A stretch of 64,000 bases of DNA from Verrucomicrobiota bacterium (GCA_027622665.1 JAQBYT010000004.1:64001-128000), one strand, 5' to 3'; positions 9,260 through 20,189 are shown, counted from the first letter of the stretch. Notes: generated by a model not told the origin, from the letters alone. Made by a program: numbers and translations.

Positions 9260-11688
9260 ACCGGTTCATCACCATCACCCTGCTGCTTATCGGCCTGCCC
9301 GCCCATGGACAAGCCTTTAAGGAGGCCGTGAAACCATTGGTGGAAGCGTCCTGCATTGATTGCCATGACGCGGATACGGAGACCCCTTTGAATTTCGAAA
9401 AGATCGGGCACGACCTGTCCGATGCCGCCACCTTTCGGCAATGGGTGAAGGTCTTTGACCGGGTGGACAAGGGGGAGATGCCACCCAAGAAGAAAAAGCG
9501 GCCGGATCCGGCGCTGAAGAACAAGGCGTTGGCGGCCCTGGAAGCAGACCTGAGAGCGGCCAACCTCAAACAACAGGACGCCGAGGGGCGAGTGGCTGCC
9601 CGGCGACTCACCCGACTGGAGTTTGAATACACCCTGCAGGATATACTTGGGATAGGTGGAAACCTAAAGCGGCATTTACCACCTGAGAATGCCTCGGCCA
9701 AGTTTGCCAACGTTGCTGAAAAACAGGGGATTTCGCCTGTGCATATCCGCAGCTACCTCAAGGCCGTAGACGTCGCGCTGGACGAGGCCATCATGCTCGG
9801 TCCCAAACCCCGCGCCGGAGGGCGCGATATCGATTACCGCAACAACAGGTATAGCAGCATGTGGTTCGACCGTCCGATGCGCAACGGTGGGCAAACCGTC
9901 ATGCGCACGGATGATGCCTATGTGATGTTCAGCTACCGCAGAGAACCGTTCGTCGCCCGATCCGACCACATGGGGTATCACTTTCCTTACCCCGGGCTCT
10001 ATCGCATTACTGCCGAAGGCGCCGGATACCAGGCCAAGACTCTCATCGGTTTCGGTCTATACAAGGCCAGTGACAAGCACGGCAACACCGAGTTGATTGG
10101 CAACTTCGAGATCAAGCCCGGCGAATCGCGCAAGATTGAGGTCACCCAATATTTCGAACCGGGTGAATTCTTTTTTCCCGCAGGTCTGAGCCTCAATGCG
10201 GCGCCTGACGGGAAAATGATCTACATGATGCGCGTCAAAGGCGCGCGCGGTTACAAGGGCGAAGGGCTCGCCATCAAATGGCTGAAGATCGAGGGGCCGT
10301 TGGAGGAAACGTGGCCTCCAACGCGCACACGCGATCTGCTAACCGGTGTGCCGATCGTGTGGGTGCCGAAACATCGCATCTACTGGACGCACCCAACCAA
10401 GGAACCTAATGAACATCTGCGCGACATCGTCAAGCAGCTCGCGCCCAAGGCCTTTCGCAGACCGGTGACGGACGCGGAAATCGAATCCTTTGTCTCTCTT
10501 GCAAAACCGCATCACCCCAAGGACCAACCGATGCATAAAATGGTTCGTGCCCCCCTGCGGGCCATGTTCAGTTCGCCACAGTTTCTCTTTCATGGCGGCC
10601 AACCCGGTCCGTTAGATGATCACGCGCTGGCCACCAGACTCTCTTATTTCCTCTGGAAATCGGTCCCTGACGAGCAACTGTCCGCACTGGGCCATGATAA
10701 CAAGCTAAAGGACCCGAAGGTTCTCGCGAATCAAGTCAATCGAATGCTCAAGGACCCAAGGTCGAACCGATTCGTCGATGATTTCCTGGACGGTTGGTTA
10801 CACATAAGCGATATCGACGCCACCACTCCCGACGAAAAGCTCTATCCCGAATACGGAGACACTTTGCGTCAGGCGATGTTGGCCGAGTCCCGTCTCTTTT
10901 TTCGCGAACTGATCGACCGCAACCTTGCAACCCGCAACTTCATCGACTCGGACTTCACCTTCGTCAACCGCAGGCTGGCCCATCACTATGGCTTGCCCGA
11001 AGTTCCCGGAGAACGGATGCGTCGCGTGAAGCTTCCCGCCGACAGCGCGCGTGGCGGACTCATGACGCAGGCCAGCATCCTTAAGGTCACAGCCAACGGG
11101 ACCCTCACCTCGCCCGTGAAACGCGGGCACTGGGTACTAAACTCGCTCTTAGGTACGCCACCCCAACCGCCGCCTCCAACCATCAGCGCTCTGGAACCGG
11201 ACATCCGCGGAGCGGTAACCATCCGGCAGACGCTCGCCAAGCATCGTGACGTAGCCAGTTGCGCCAGTTGTCATCAGCACATCGATCCGCCCGGATTTGC
11301 ACTGGAGAGCTTCGATCCCATCGGTGGTTTTCGCCATCGCTACCGCACAACCGGCAAGGGTGATTGGACCAAAGAGCGGTACCTTACGGCATACCACTTG
11401 GGGCACCCTCTCTACCGTTGGGGCCTCGACGTGGACGCCAGCGGTTCGACGGCCAGTGGAGAAAAATTTAGAGGTATCCGCCGCTTCCGAGATTTGTTAC
11501 TGAAGGAGGAGGTGCAGGTGGCCCGCAATTTTGTATCGCAACTGATCACCTACGCAACCGGAGCCGAGGTGCAGTTTGCCGACCGCGCGGAGGTGGAACG
11601 AATGCTCGCATCGGCAAAGGCGGATGGCTACCTTGTACGCGACCTGCTTCACGCCGTAGTGCAAAGCCGATTATTTTTAAACAAATGA
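9256..11688 (+). CDS. DUF1592/DUF1588-family (PSD2-5, PSCyt3) di-haem c protein
   Basis: [51 protein letters not shown]. Confidence 0.9.
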   Translation: MNRFITITLLLIGLPAHGQAFKEAVKPLVEASCIDCHDADTETPLNFEKIGHDLSDAATFRQWVKVFDRVDKGEMPPKKKKRPDPALKNKALAALEADLRAANLKQQDAEGRVAARRLTRLEFEYTLQDILGIGGNLKRHLPPENASAKFANVAEKQGISPVHIRSYLKAVDVALDEAIMLGPKPRAGGRDIDYRNNRYSSMWFDRPMRNGGQTVMRTDDAYVMFSYRREPFVARSDHMGYHFPYPGLYRITAEGAGYQAKTLIGFGLYKASDKHGNTELIGNFEIKPGESRKIEVTQYFEPGEFFFPAGLSLNAAPDGKMIYMMRVKGARGYKGEGLAIKWLKIEGPLEETWPPTRTRDLLTGVPIVWVPKHRIYWTHPTKEPNEHLRDIVKQLAPKAFRRPVTDAEIESFVSLAKPHHPKDQPMHKMVRAPLRAMFSSPQFLFHGGQPGPLDDHALATRLSYFLWKSVPDEQLSALGHDNKLKDPKVLANQVNRMLKDPRSNRFVDDFLDGWLHISDIDATTPDEKLYPEYGDTLRQAMLAESRLFFRELIDRNLATRNFIDSDFTFVNRRLAHHYGLPEVPGERMRRVKLPADSARGGLMTQASILKVTANGTLTSPVKRGHWVLNSLLGTPPQPPPPTISALEPDIRGAVTIRQTLAKHRDVASCASCHQHIDPPGFALESFDPIGGFRHRYRTTGKGDWTKERYLTAYHLGHPLYRWGLDVDASGSTASGEKFRGIRRFRDLLLKEEVQVARNFVSQLITYATGAEVQFADRAEVERMLASAKADGYLVRDLLHAVVQSRLFLNK

Positions 11689-12929
11689 AACTAAACCGAA
11701 GAACCTTTTTACGAAGCACCGGCGTGGCGATGGCGTTGCCGTGGCTGGAATCGATCCAACCGGCTTGGGGCAAGGAGCTGGCTCCGCCGAAACGGATGGT
11801 CTTCATTTGCAACACGCTTGGCCTGCACGCGCCAGCGTTGTTCCCCAAAAAGACCGGGGCCGACTACGAATTGACCGATTACCTGAGCATCATCAAGGCA
11901 CACCGGAAAGACTTTACCTTATTCTCCGGGCTTTCCCACCCGCAACAAGGTGGCGAACACCTGTGCGAGATGACTTGGCTGAGCGCAGCCCCAAACCCCG
12001 GCATGGACGGCTTCCAAAACTCGATCTCGGTCGACCAATACGCGGCCGGCAAACTCGGCTACGTCACGCGCTTTCCGTCCGTGTCACTAAGCAGCGACTC
12101 CTCAACCAGTCAGTCCTATACCGGTAGCGGGGTAATGATACCCGCCGAGCAACGCCCATCACACATGTTTGCGAAAATGTTCCTGCGCGGCAAACCGGAG
12201 GAGATCGCTCGTCAAAAACAAAAGCTGGCCGAGGGCCGCAGCGTGCTGGACGAGTTGCTCAGCCAAACCAGGATACTGCTCAAGAACGCGCCGGGAGCCG
12301 ACCGCGAGCGGTTGCAGGAATATTTCGAATCCGTCCGCACCGCGGAAAAGAACCTCGCCGAGGAACAGGTCTGGTTCGATCGTCCCAAGCCGGAAGTGCA
12401 GGCCAAGGCTCCGCCGGACATCCACGACAAGACCGACCTCGTCGGCCGCATCCGGCTGCTGTTCAATCTCGTTCCTCTGATCATACAGACTGATTCCTCG
12501 CGCGTGATCAGTGTCGTCATCCAAAATAACCACGGCGTGCCGCAGGTCGAAGGCGTCGATTCCGAGCACCACAACCTCTCGCATCACGGGCGCGATCCCA
12601 AGCGAATTCAGCAATTGCTCAAGATCGAACGCGCCATTATGGGTTGTTTCGACGAATTCCTCACTGCCATGAAAACCAAGCGCGAGGGGGGAGGCACATT
12701 GCTCGACAACACCACCACGCTTTTCGGCAGCAACTTGGGCAACGCCAGCGCCCACGATCCACGCAACAACCCCATACTGCTCGCCGGGGGCGGGCTCAAA
12801 CACGGCCGTTATCTTGCCCACGATGCCAAGAACAACACGCCGCTCTGCAACCTCTTCGTGCATATGCTCAACCAGATGAACCTCAATACCGATCAGTTTG
12901 CCAGCAGTACCGGCGAACTAACTCTTTAA
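11685..12929 (+). CDS. DUF1552 (HXXSHH) protein, Tat-like signal
   Basis: NRRTFLR, ISVDQ, HHNLSHHG, LLAGG; ATGA-coupled to the DUF1592 gene. Confidence 0.9.
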   Translation: MKLNRRTFLRSTGVAMALPWLESIQPAWGKELAPPKRMVFICNTLGLHAPALFPKKTGADYELTDYLSIIKAHRKDFTLFSGLSHPQQGGEHLCEMTWLSAAPNPGMDGFQNSISVDQYAAGKLGYVTRFPSVSLSSDSSTSQSYTGSGVMIPAEQRPSHMFAKMFLRGKPEEIARQKQKLAEGRSVLDELLSQTRILLKNAPGADRERLQEYFESVRTAEKNLAEEQVWFDRPKPEVQAKAPPDIHDKTDLVGRIRLLFNLVPLIIQTDSSRVISVVIQNNHGVPQVEGVDSEHHNLSHHGRDPKRIQQLLKIERAIMGCFDEFLTAMKTKREGGGTLLDNTTTLFGSNLGNASAHDPRNNPILLAGGGLKHGRYLAHDAKNNTPLCNLFVHMLNQMNLNTDQFASSTGELTL

Positions 12930-12930
12930 C

Positions 12931-14322
12931 ATGAAAAGCTTCTCCACACTTTGCGTCGCCCTGTTGGGCATGAACTTATCTGCAAACGCCGACGACTTCA
13001 CCAAGGCGAAAGCCTCCAACTGGCATCATTGGCGTGGGCCGGATGCAAACGGAGTCGCCACTACGGCGAAACCACCCACCCACTGGAGTGAGAAAAAGAA
13101 CATCCGTTGGAAAGCGCCGGTCGAGGGCTTTGGAACATCCACTCCCATTGTGTGGGGTAACAAAGTCTTTCTTCTTACTGCCATCAATACCGGCAGGGTG
13201 GATCCTTCCCTCCCGCGTCCGGAGGATCAACCCAAGCGCGTCTTCGACATCACGCACCCGAACACGACCTACGAGTTCATCGTACTTTGCTTGGACCGCA
13301 AGACGGGGAAAACACTTTGGCGGAGGGTGGTCACCAAAATGATTCCTCACGAGGGTACCCACCGGGACAACAACTTTGCCTCGGCATCGCCCTCCACCGA
13401 TGGCGAGCGCCTATATTGCTGGTTCGGTTCGGCGGGCTTGTTTTGCTACGACTTGGAGGGTAAGAAACTTTGGGAGCGCAACCTGGGCAAGGTCAAGATC
13501 GGGGCGAGCCTGGGGGAGGGGTGCTCACCAGTTTTGCACAAGGGCAAACTGGTTGTGGTTCGAGACAATCGGGGACAGTCGACCATACATGTTTTGAATT
13601 CCAAAAATGGAGAAACCATTTGGATGAAAAACCGGAACACCCGCAACGGATGGTCCACGCCTGCAGTCGTTGAGCATGAAGGCAAAACTCAGGTGATCAC
13701 TACCGCCTCCAGGCAAAAGGAGGGGGATCGTTCGAATCCCGGCAAGGTGATCAGTTATGATCTTGAGAATGGGAACGTAATCTGGGAATGCTCCGGTCTG
13801 ACTGACAATGCGATCCCATGCCCAATCGTTGAAGACGGGGTTGCTTACTGTATGACGGGATACCAAGGTTTTTCCGTACTCGCCGTGCCCATTTCGGGGA
13901 AGGGAGACCAGTCGGAGAATATCCTATGGAGAGGGAATTTGGGAACCCCCTACGTTCCGTCCGCCGTACTTTATGACGGGCTTCTTTATTTTACCCAGTC
14001 CAACCAGGCCATCCTTTCCTGTGTCGATGCAAAAACCGGTAAGGTTCTCATGGAGCGAACCCGGATCAAAGGTTTGTCCAACGTCTATGCCTCGCTCACC
14101 GGGGCGGGTAATCACGTCTACGTGTTCGGGCGCTACGGAAAGACAGCCGTGATCAAGAGAACGGGCAAGTTCGACTTGGTGTCTACGAACGTCTTGGCCG
14201 ACCGCTTCGACGCATCGCCCGCGGTAGTAGGCGGTCAACTTTTCTTGCGTGGACATAAATTTCTCTACTGCATCGAGTCAGATTCTAATCCCACTAATCA
14301 AAACAAGGAGACAATCAGATGA
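12931..14322 (+). CDS. PQQ-like/BamB-like beta-propeller protein
   Basis: NWHHWRGP motif and repeated 'G..LW' tryptophan-docking blades. Confidence 0.85.
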   Translation: MKSFSTLCVALLGMNLSANADDFTKAKASNWHHWRGPDANGVATTAKPPTHWSEKKNIRWKAPVEGFGTSTPIVWGNKVFLLTAINTGRVDPSLPRPEDQPKRVFDITHPNTTYEFIVLCLDRKTGKTLWRRVVTKMIPHEGTHRDNNFASASPSTDGERLYCWFGSAGLFCYDLEGKKLWERNLGKVKIGASLGEGCSPVLHKGKLVVVRDNRGQSTIHVLNSKNGETIWMKNRNTRNGWSTPAVVEHEGKTQVITTASRQKEGDRSNPGKVISYDLENGNVIWECSGLTDNAIPCPIVEDGVAYCMTGYQGFSVLAVPISGKGDQSENILWRGNLGTPYVPSAVLYDGLLYFTQSNQAILSCVDAKTGKVLMERTRIKGLSNVYASLTGAGNHVYVFGRYGKTAVIKRTGKFDLVSTNVLADRFDASPAVVGGQLFLRGHKFLYCIESDSNPTNQNKETIR

Positions 14323-16586
14323 GCCATCACTCACTTTCGATGTGTGCAAACACGGTTTCGTTTCTTTGTGCGCTATTCGTAACTTCGGCACCTTTAAATG
14401 CCAACTACGAGGTTCGCGCCGTATTAAGAAGCTACAAACTGATCTATGATCTCGATCTGGCTAAACTCGGTCGATCGGTCAGGTATGATGTCGACGAAAG
14501 CACCAACTTCTCTGGTGGATTCGATCGGATCGCCTACTGGTTGGAACTGCAGAAGCCGGGCGAGGAAATCAAGTTTGTTTGTGTCTCTATGGATGCCTTC
14601 ACTGACGAAGCGACTAAGATTGGCGTGCCGACGACCGGAAGTCATGCGACTTTTCAGACGAAGGTGGCCCAATTAAATGTCCTCTCTAATGTTGAAGGCA
14701 TCAAACAAGGTCAGGGCCTTTCAGGCGGTAATATCGAATTCTGGCCCAACAAGTATGCTCAGCTCAACTCCGCAAAGATACCGGGTGCCAGCAGTACTTA
14801 CTTCGACTTCGGCGATCTAAAGGGGCCGCTGGAGAGCGGGTACGGTTGCATGCAGGTCCACAATTACGCCGCTGGCCATACGATTTTCGCCATTAACAAC
14901 TGGAATGCCGGCCCTAAGGCCGATATCGGTATCGGAAACAGCCCCGGCCAGCATCGCGACTGGACCTTCGCGGGCAACGGCGAACAGTACCAGAGCAAGC
15001 GGCTCCGAATTCTGGTACGCCCCACAGGAAAACCCGGAAAGCACAAGGAGCCCGGTTGGGAAAGGTCCTATGCGGCGGGCAAGACGGACGTGAACGGGCA
15101 GTTTCTCGGCGGCTCGGAGATCTTTCACATTGAAAGCCACAAAGGCAAACTCTATGCCGCCACCAGCTACTGGATGGACGAGCACAACACGTACTACAGC
15201 CAGGGAAAGCGGAACCAATGGGCCCAAGTCTTGGTGAAGGACAGCAAGAACAGCCCGTGGCGGGAAGACTACGATACGAGTGATGATGGTGGCGTCCTTC
15301 GACCCGAAATCCTCCAGTCGGTCACCTTCACCAGACCTAACCCAGACGTCAACCTGCTGTTCCTGGCGACCTATCGGAAGGACCGTACCAAGTACTACGT
15401 CGATATCATGGTGCGCAATGACGCGACCGGCAAGTGGATCAAGACAACGCCCCACTCAGGTCCCAAGTTACCGGATGATCACGACTTTTCAGTGCGTGCG
15501 ATGCGTGTTTATACCGATCGTATCACCCGCGAAGAGCGGATTTTCGTTACCGTCGGGATACAGGGAGTATTATCCGGCGTCTACGATCCCAGAGTACCGG
15601 GATGGATTCGCTGGGATCCGCTTCATCCGGTCAAGTTCTCCGAGCGTCCCCTGTCGATCTGCGAGGCGAACAATGAGCTGGTGATCGGCGCGGGCGACGC
15701 CGTTTGGCGACGAAAGGACGGTCGATCGCCAAGCTACTCGATCGTGCATGACTTGCGCGATCTGGTCGATAGACCGGTAAACCCGGCCATCGGCGGGATT
15801 CGCGGCATGACCACCATCGACAACCCCAATGGTCGGGGGGATTCCTTGCTCTTTCTATGGTCGAACGCGGACGCCAAAGGAGCCTGCGGCAGCATGTATC
15901 GCCTCGACCCCGATGGGCGCGGTGGCTACACCCGCCACGAGGATGTCCGGCTCGCCCCGGTCATTCAAAAGGAATTGGGTGTCTATCCGAGTTTCATTCT
16001 CGGGTCATACAGCTATGTGCAGCCCGTACGTAATCCCGTCACTCGCAAGATCAATCACCTGGTTGGCCTCTATGTGCAATTGCAGCACGGCAAACACTCC
16101 TATCCGACTTGGGACAAGACCAAGAAGATCTACATGGGCGGGCTTTTCGCGATTCGCGATGACAAGGGGCGGTACACGATCAACGAAGTGAATGGCCGTC
16201 ACAACGGAAGCGACACGCCCCTGACCACAGTCCGGGCCATCGAACCGTCCCCGTTCCGAAACGACATGGACGTCTACTTCGGTGGGCATGATTGTGCAAA
16301 CATCATGTCGACGAATTTCGCCTGGATGTACAAGGCTCCGCTGCGGACGGTACTCAGACTGCCGCCGAAAATAAGCGCGAGGGATCAGGCGAGGGAATGG
16401 AAGGATGTCTCGGGGCGGGTGATTCAAGCGGTTCTCAAAGACGCGACCCAAGAAAAAGTCATATTGTCAAAGGAGGGAAGGGAATACGTTCTTCCGCTTG
16501 TCCGCCTAAGTGAAGGAGACCGCGAATACGTTAAAAAATATGTTCAAGAGAGACAATCGGGCGCAATTTCACCGGCCAAGAAGTAG
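14319..16586 (+). CDS. Exported multidomain protein: beta-sandwich-like N-domain + probable beta-propeller + SHD1-like C-domain
   Basis: FDRIAY.LEL..MDAFT..NIEFWPN..DWTF domain that I recall from PVC acetylesterases; C-terminal REWKDVSGRVIQA...LSEGDREYV (SHD1-like). Confidence 0.65.
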   Translation: MSHHSLSMCANTVSFLCALFVTSAPLNANYEVRAVLRSYKLIYDLDLAKLGRSVRYDVDESTNFSGGFDRIAYWLELQKPGEEIKFVCVSMDAFTDEATKIGVPTTGSHATFQTKVAQLNVLSNVEGIKQGQGLSGGNIEFWPNKYAQLNSAKIPGASSTYFDFGDLKGPLESGYGCMQVHNYAAGHTIFAINNWNAGPKADIGIGNSPGQHRDWTFAGNGEQYQSKRLRILVRPTGKPGKHKEPGWERSYAAGKTDVNGQFLGGSEIFHIESHKGKLYAATSYWMDEHNTYYSQGKRNQWAQVLVKDSKNSPWREDYDTSDDGGVLRPEILQSVTFTRPNPDVNLLFLATYRKDRTKYYVDIMVRNDATGKWIKTTPHSGPKLPDDHDFSVRAMRVYTDRITREERIFVTVGIQGVLSGVYDPRVPGWIRWDPLHPVKFSERPLSICEANNELVIGAGDAVWRRKDGRSPSYSIVHDLRDLVDRPVNPAIGGIRGMTTIDNPNGRGDSLLFLWSNADAKGACGSMYRLDPDGRGGYTRHEDVRLAPVIQKELGVYPSFILGSYSYVQPVRNPVTRKINHLVGLYVQLQHGKHSYPTWDKTKKIYMGGLFAIRDDKGRYTINEVNGRHNGSDTPLTTVRAIEPSPFRNDMDVYFGGHDCANIMSTNFAWMYKAPLRTVLRLPPKISARDQAREWKDVSGRVIQAVLKDATQEKVILSKEGREYVLPLVRLSEGDREYVKKYVQERQSGAISPAKK

Positions 16587-16702
16587 TGTTACCCGTGGCC
16601 AAGTTGCCAGTTCAGCCATCGGCCGACCAGGACATGGAGCTCGCCACCCTTGCAGGGAGATACGACTTAACAAAGAACAGCACCCCTGACCAGAAACTTT
16701 CT

Positions 16703-16731
16703 TGGACACAGATTCCTCCATTGTGTATAAA
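16703..16731 (+). promoter_or_regulatory. Candidate sigma70 promoter
   Basis: TGGACA-N17-TATAAA ending about 20 nt upstream of the ATG at 16751. Confidence 0.45.
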
Positions 16732-16750
16732 GAATTGCTAGAAATAAATT

Positions 16751-17008
16751 ATGAACATGACCAAAGATAATCTCCGTACCTTTCTAGGGTGGTGCACGGT
16801 CATTAACCTAGGACTCCTTTTATATTGGATTCTCGCTCTTGTCTTTGCCCGCGACTGGGTGTTTTGGGTTCACACTTCGGCGGTTGAGATATCCAAAGAG
16901 AGCTTTGCCGAAATCAATTACGCCATGATGGGTTACTACAAACTGGCGGTGATTCTTTTCAACGTGACTCCGTACTTGGTACTCAGGTTCGCAAAGTTCT
17001 CCCGATAA
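16751..17008 (+). CDS. Small two-TM membrane protein (DUF6868-like)
   Basis: FLGWCTVINLGLL..W and YKL....FN..PY..L pattern. Confidence 0.75.
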   Translation: MNMTKDNLRTFLGWCTVINLGLLLYWILALVFARDWVFWVHTSAVEISKESFAEINYAMMGYYKLAVILFNVTPYLVLRFAKFSR

Positions 17009-17047
17009 ACCGGAGCGGCGGGGTTTGCGGTTGAGCTGCTTTTCTTT

Positions 17048-17067
17048 AGCGGAAGCCGCTTTCTTTA
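17048..17067 (+). terminator. Weak candidate intrinsic terminator
   Basis: AGCGG-aag-CCGCT hairpin followed by TTCTTT, downstream of 17008. Confidence 0.25.
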
Positions 17068-17096
17068 GTGCATGGGAACCTGCCCTTTGCTAGTGG

Positions 17097-17198
17097 ATGA
17101 GTATGTCCAAGACTTACCTTCTATCTTTTCTTTTCTTCTCTTTGGGTGGCTATGTCCTGTCCGGCGCGAACCAACCCAACGTCATCCTCATGATGGCG
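17097..17198 (+). pseudogene. 5' stub of a sulfatase gene
   Basis: Hand translation MSMSKTYLLSFLFFSLGGYVLSGANQPNVILMMA gives a signal peptide plus sulfatase start. It breaks just before the expected DD and reaches TGA at 17229. Confidence 0.7.
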
Positions 17199-17391
17199 CG
17201 TGACCTTCTCGACAAATGCAGTCCAGAATGACTTCCGATCCAGTGACCAGGGCTACGGCGCGGCCATAACTTTGGTCCACAGCACGTGAGGTAATCGTCA
17301 CCACCCGCCCGACCAAGTGCACATTATGAGTGGCGTCGGCAGCCTTAAATAAGCGGCTCAGCGGTCGCATCAAGAAGCCGGTTCCGCTCAC
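17199..17391 (-). pseudogene. Truncated NfeD/YqiJ-like OB-fold protein fragment
   Basis: GTGA-coupled to the upstream gene; RPLSRLF...LVGRVVTITS..VD..YGRA resembles the YqiJ/NfeD C-domain; cut at about 17199. Confidence 0.45.
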
Positions 17392-19133
17392 CGCCCCAAA
17401 ACTCTGCGAATATCGCGAGCCAAGGTTTCGGCCATCTGTGGATCGCCAACGGTTGGGGTCAGCGTGTGCTTGGTATCGTCGGTTAATATTGCCTGCACAT
17501 AGCGCTTCGACACGCCGTTGGCTTGATAGGACTCTTTGGTTTCAATGCTGCGGATGGTGTCGGCGGGAATGGTCGTCATCTTCCGTGGAACGAAGAGGCC
17601 TTTGCGCAGAACGATGCCATGGGCATCAATTTCGACGTGGTAGGCACGCAGGAAGGCCAGGAATCCTCCACAGAAAATGGCGAATCCAATTAGCGCGAAA
17701 AGGCCGCCAATTCCCAGGGGCATCCATTCAATATCGTTTTTTTGCACGCCGATGAGCCAGCCGATGGACCCGCCAAAGCCGCCAAAGATCAGGCCCATAA
17801 CCATCATGCCAATGGTGCTGCCGCGTAGGCGCAGTGGGGGGCTGACCAGACGCAAGTGGCCAGGCCCCGCAAAGCGTCGCATGCCAGCCTTGCGATAGAC
17901 TGCATCAATATTGCTGTCATCTAATTGGTTGACGGTGGTAGCGGTGATCTCAGCACTGGTGAGGGACCCCGCGCCAGCGACGATCGGTAGCGGAAATTTG
18001 GCAAAGAAATCAATGCCGGTGGTCGGCATGCTCAATTCCAAACGCCAGCTGACCCTGCGATCATCGTTGGTGGGTTCAATATTGTTGGGTAAAGGCAATT
18101 CTAAAGTGGTTGACCAGCCGCCAGCATCGTGGTGCAGGTCATTGGCATCAATCATCCAGGCGTGGCGCCACAAAACACTTTCCGAAGTTCGGCGATGTTT
18201 GCCGCTTCCGGTGGTGACCAGGCGACCGCAGGTCAGGGTACAGGTCATGGGTCCCAGGGCTTCGAGCATGCGCGTGCCGCTGGCGCGCAGAGTGACGACC
18301 TGGCCCAAGGCCAGCGGCAAGGCCTGGGGCTCCAAGATCGGCCGCCCGTGTTTGAGCCAGCGCAAGAGGTGGTAGACGGCGAGAATGATCAAAACCACGC
18401 CGATGATCGGAAAAATCGCACAGATGGCGATGGCTACATACTCTTTTTCCTCCAGCATTTCCGGGATGCCAAAGAACAGCACGGGGCTAGAAATCGCATT
18501 CCAAATTACCGCAATGAACAGCAGGCCCCAGGCTCCACCACCGCCTTCGGCACGAATGCGATTATTTTGCCACAGTTTATTGACCTTCCAAACGGCGTCA
18601 TCGCCTTCGGCAAGGCGTAGGGCTTCGCGGGCCTTTTCTTGACGCCGCACAAAAAAGGAGCCAAAGCAGACCGCGACACCAACGCCACCAAAGACCACGG
18701 CGAAGATGGCCTTAAAGCCGATCAGGCCCCAGCGTATGTGTCGATCAAGGACGGCCTCGCGTGGATCATCCGGATTGACGTAGCACACGGCACTGCCCTT
18801 GCTGCGCGCATCCTGCAAGGAGCGGTATAAATCTTTCCAATAAGGGCCGATATTGTCTGAGCCCGTGGTAATGGCGACGCGATCACCGTGGTGGGTCTGG
18901 CCATCGACGACATAGGTATAGGTCGCAACGATTTTTTGTGTGGAGCCATCCTCGGTATCATGTTCTTCGAGATTGAGGCTGGTGATGGTGGCCCCAGCTT
19001 CGCGCCAAGAAGCCATGCGCATCGCGTCGTAGATATTCCAGCCCATCATGGCTAGGGCGCAAACGCCAATGAGCAGGAAGGGCAGTCCAAAGAGGAAGGC
19101 GCAACCAAAGCCAGATTTCTTGTCAGCCATCAT
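17388..19133 (-). CDS. Multi-pass membrane protein with a DUF3592 domain
   Basis: SW.E..ATI...YTY.VDG..H.G.RV...YVNP.DP.EAVLDR; FAVIWNAIS; about 6 TM helices; PH-like C-terminus. Confidence 0.8.
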   Translation of the reverse strand: MMADKKSGFGCAFLFGLPFLLIGVCALAMMGWNIYDAMRMASWREAGATITSLNLEEHDTEDGSTQKIVATYTYVVDGQTHHGDRVAITTGSDNIGPYWKDLYRSLQDARSKGSAVCYVNPDDPREAVLDRHIRWGLIGFKAIFAVVFGGVGVAVCFGSFFVRRQEKAREALRLAEGDDAVWKVNKLWQNNRIRAEGGGGAWGLLFIAVIWNAISSPVLFFGIPEMLEEKEYVAIAICAIFPIIGVVLIILAVYHLLRWLKHGRPILEPQALPLALGQVVTLRASGTRMLEALGPMTCTLTCGRLVTTGSGKHRRTSESVLWRHAWMIDANDLHHDAGGWSTTLELPLPNNIEPTNDDRRVSWRLELSMPTTGIDFFAKFPLPIVAGAGSLTSAEITATTVNQLDDSNIDAVYRKAGMRRFAGPGHLRLVSPPLRLRGSTIGMMVMGLIFGGFGGSIGWLIGVQKNDIEWMPLGIGGLFALIGFAIFCGGFLAFLRAYHVEIDAHGIVLRKGLFVPRKMTTIPADTIRSIETKESYQANGVSKRYVQAILTDDTKHTLTPTVGDPQMAETLARDIRRVLGR

Positions 19134-19196
19134 TCCAGTCTGGCGTGATCGTTACGGCATCCAAGGGGGCACTTCTAGCGGCGTATCAGCGCTGAG

Positions 19197-20189
19197 TCAG
19201 CGAAATCGCCGGCTTTTGTTCCACCCTGCAGGTTCCTCCCATGTCTTGGCCACTTCCTCCCACGAGCGGCTACCATCCTTTAGGTCAGCATAACCCATGT
19301 TGGCATACTCCATGACCCACGAGGATCGGCAGTGGGCTGGGTCGTCATTATCGCTTTGAAAGATATCACCCTGTGAGGTGACAAACATGTCGTGGGGGTT
19401 CCGCATGTTTTCGCCGGTCGGTCGCAATCCTGTTCCGTCCGGGTTGATGCGCATCGTCATTCCCCCGACATAGACCTCGCCATCGGAACTGGGCTTCCCG
19501 ATCGCGTCCGGATATCCGTAGTAGCAGCCGGAGAGATAATGCCTTCCATCCTTGGTTCGGATATCGGCCCCGCAATTGCCAAAGGAAAAATGCCATTGTC
19601 CGCTGGGAGCGCCAACCACCGCATGAACGGTATGATCGTGATTCTTGTTCTGGAAACCCGTCAGGAAAACCTCCCGCTTGTCCACCTCGGGTTCGAAGAC
19701 CGCGTTTCGATTGACATCCGTGTAAACGATTATGGAAGGAGTGGTGGAGAGAACGATCCGGTTGTCAAACACTGCAATGCCTAGCGGGGCATGCCGTATC
19801 TCCTTTTCCGTGACAAATACTTTGGAAGTGTCTGCCTTTCCGTCACCATCCTTGTCCTCTAGCACCATGACGGAACGACCCGTATCAACGCGAGGTCTTT
19901 GGTTGTAGTCAATTCCCTCGGTCAACCACAGGCGTCCCTTCGCATCAAAATCCATTGCGACAGGGGAGTAGACAAGCGGAGAGCGAGCCCATAGTTCCAC
20001 CTTGAGGTTTTCATTGCTCAGCTCGAAAGCATCCACGGGAACTCCTTGAATTTCCCTTTTCTCCCTAGCGAAGGAATCTCGGTCGGGAGCTCCGACCAAA
20101 TTCAGCGTACCAGCTACGAGAAGGAGAGGCAGGGGTATTTGTAGGTTTAGAAAAGATCTCATATCTTTGCCAGTAACATTATATTTCAA
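19197..20189 (-). pseudogene. 3'-truncated PVC-type membrane-bound dehydrogenase/haem-binding beta-propeller protein
   Basis: LWA.SP...SPVAMDFD.KGRLW, LEDKDGDGKAD, MRNP, QSDNDD. It stops at 330 aa mid-propeller with no HEAT or CxxCH part. Confidence 0.7.
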
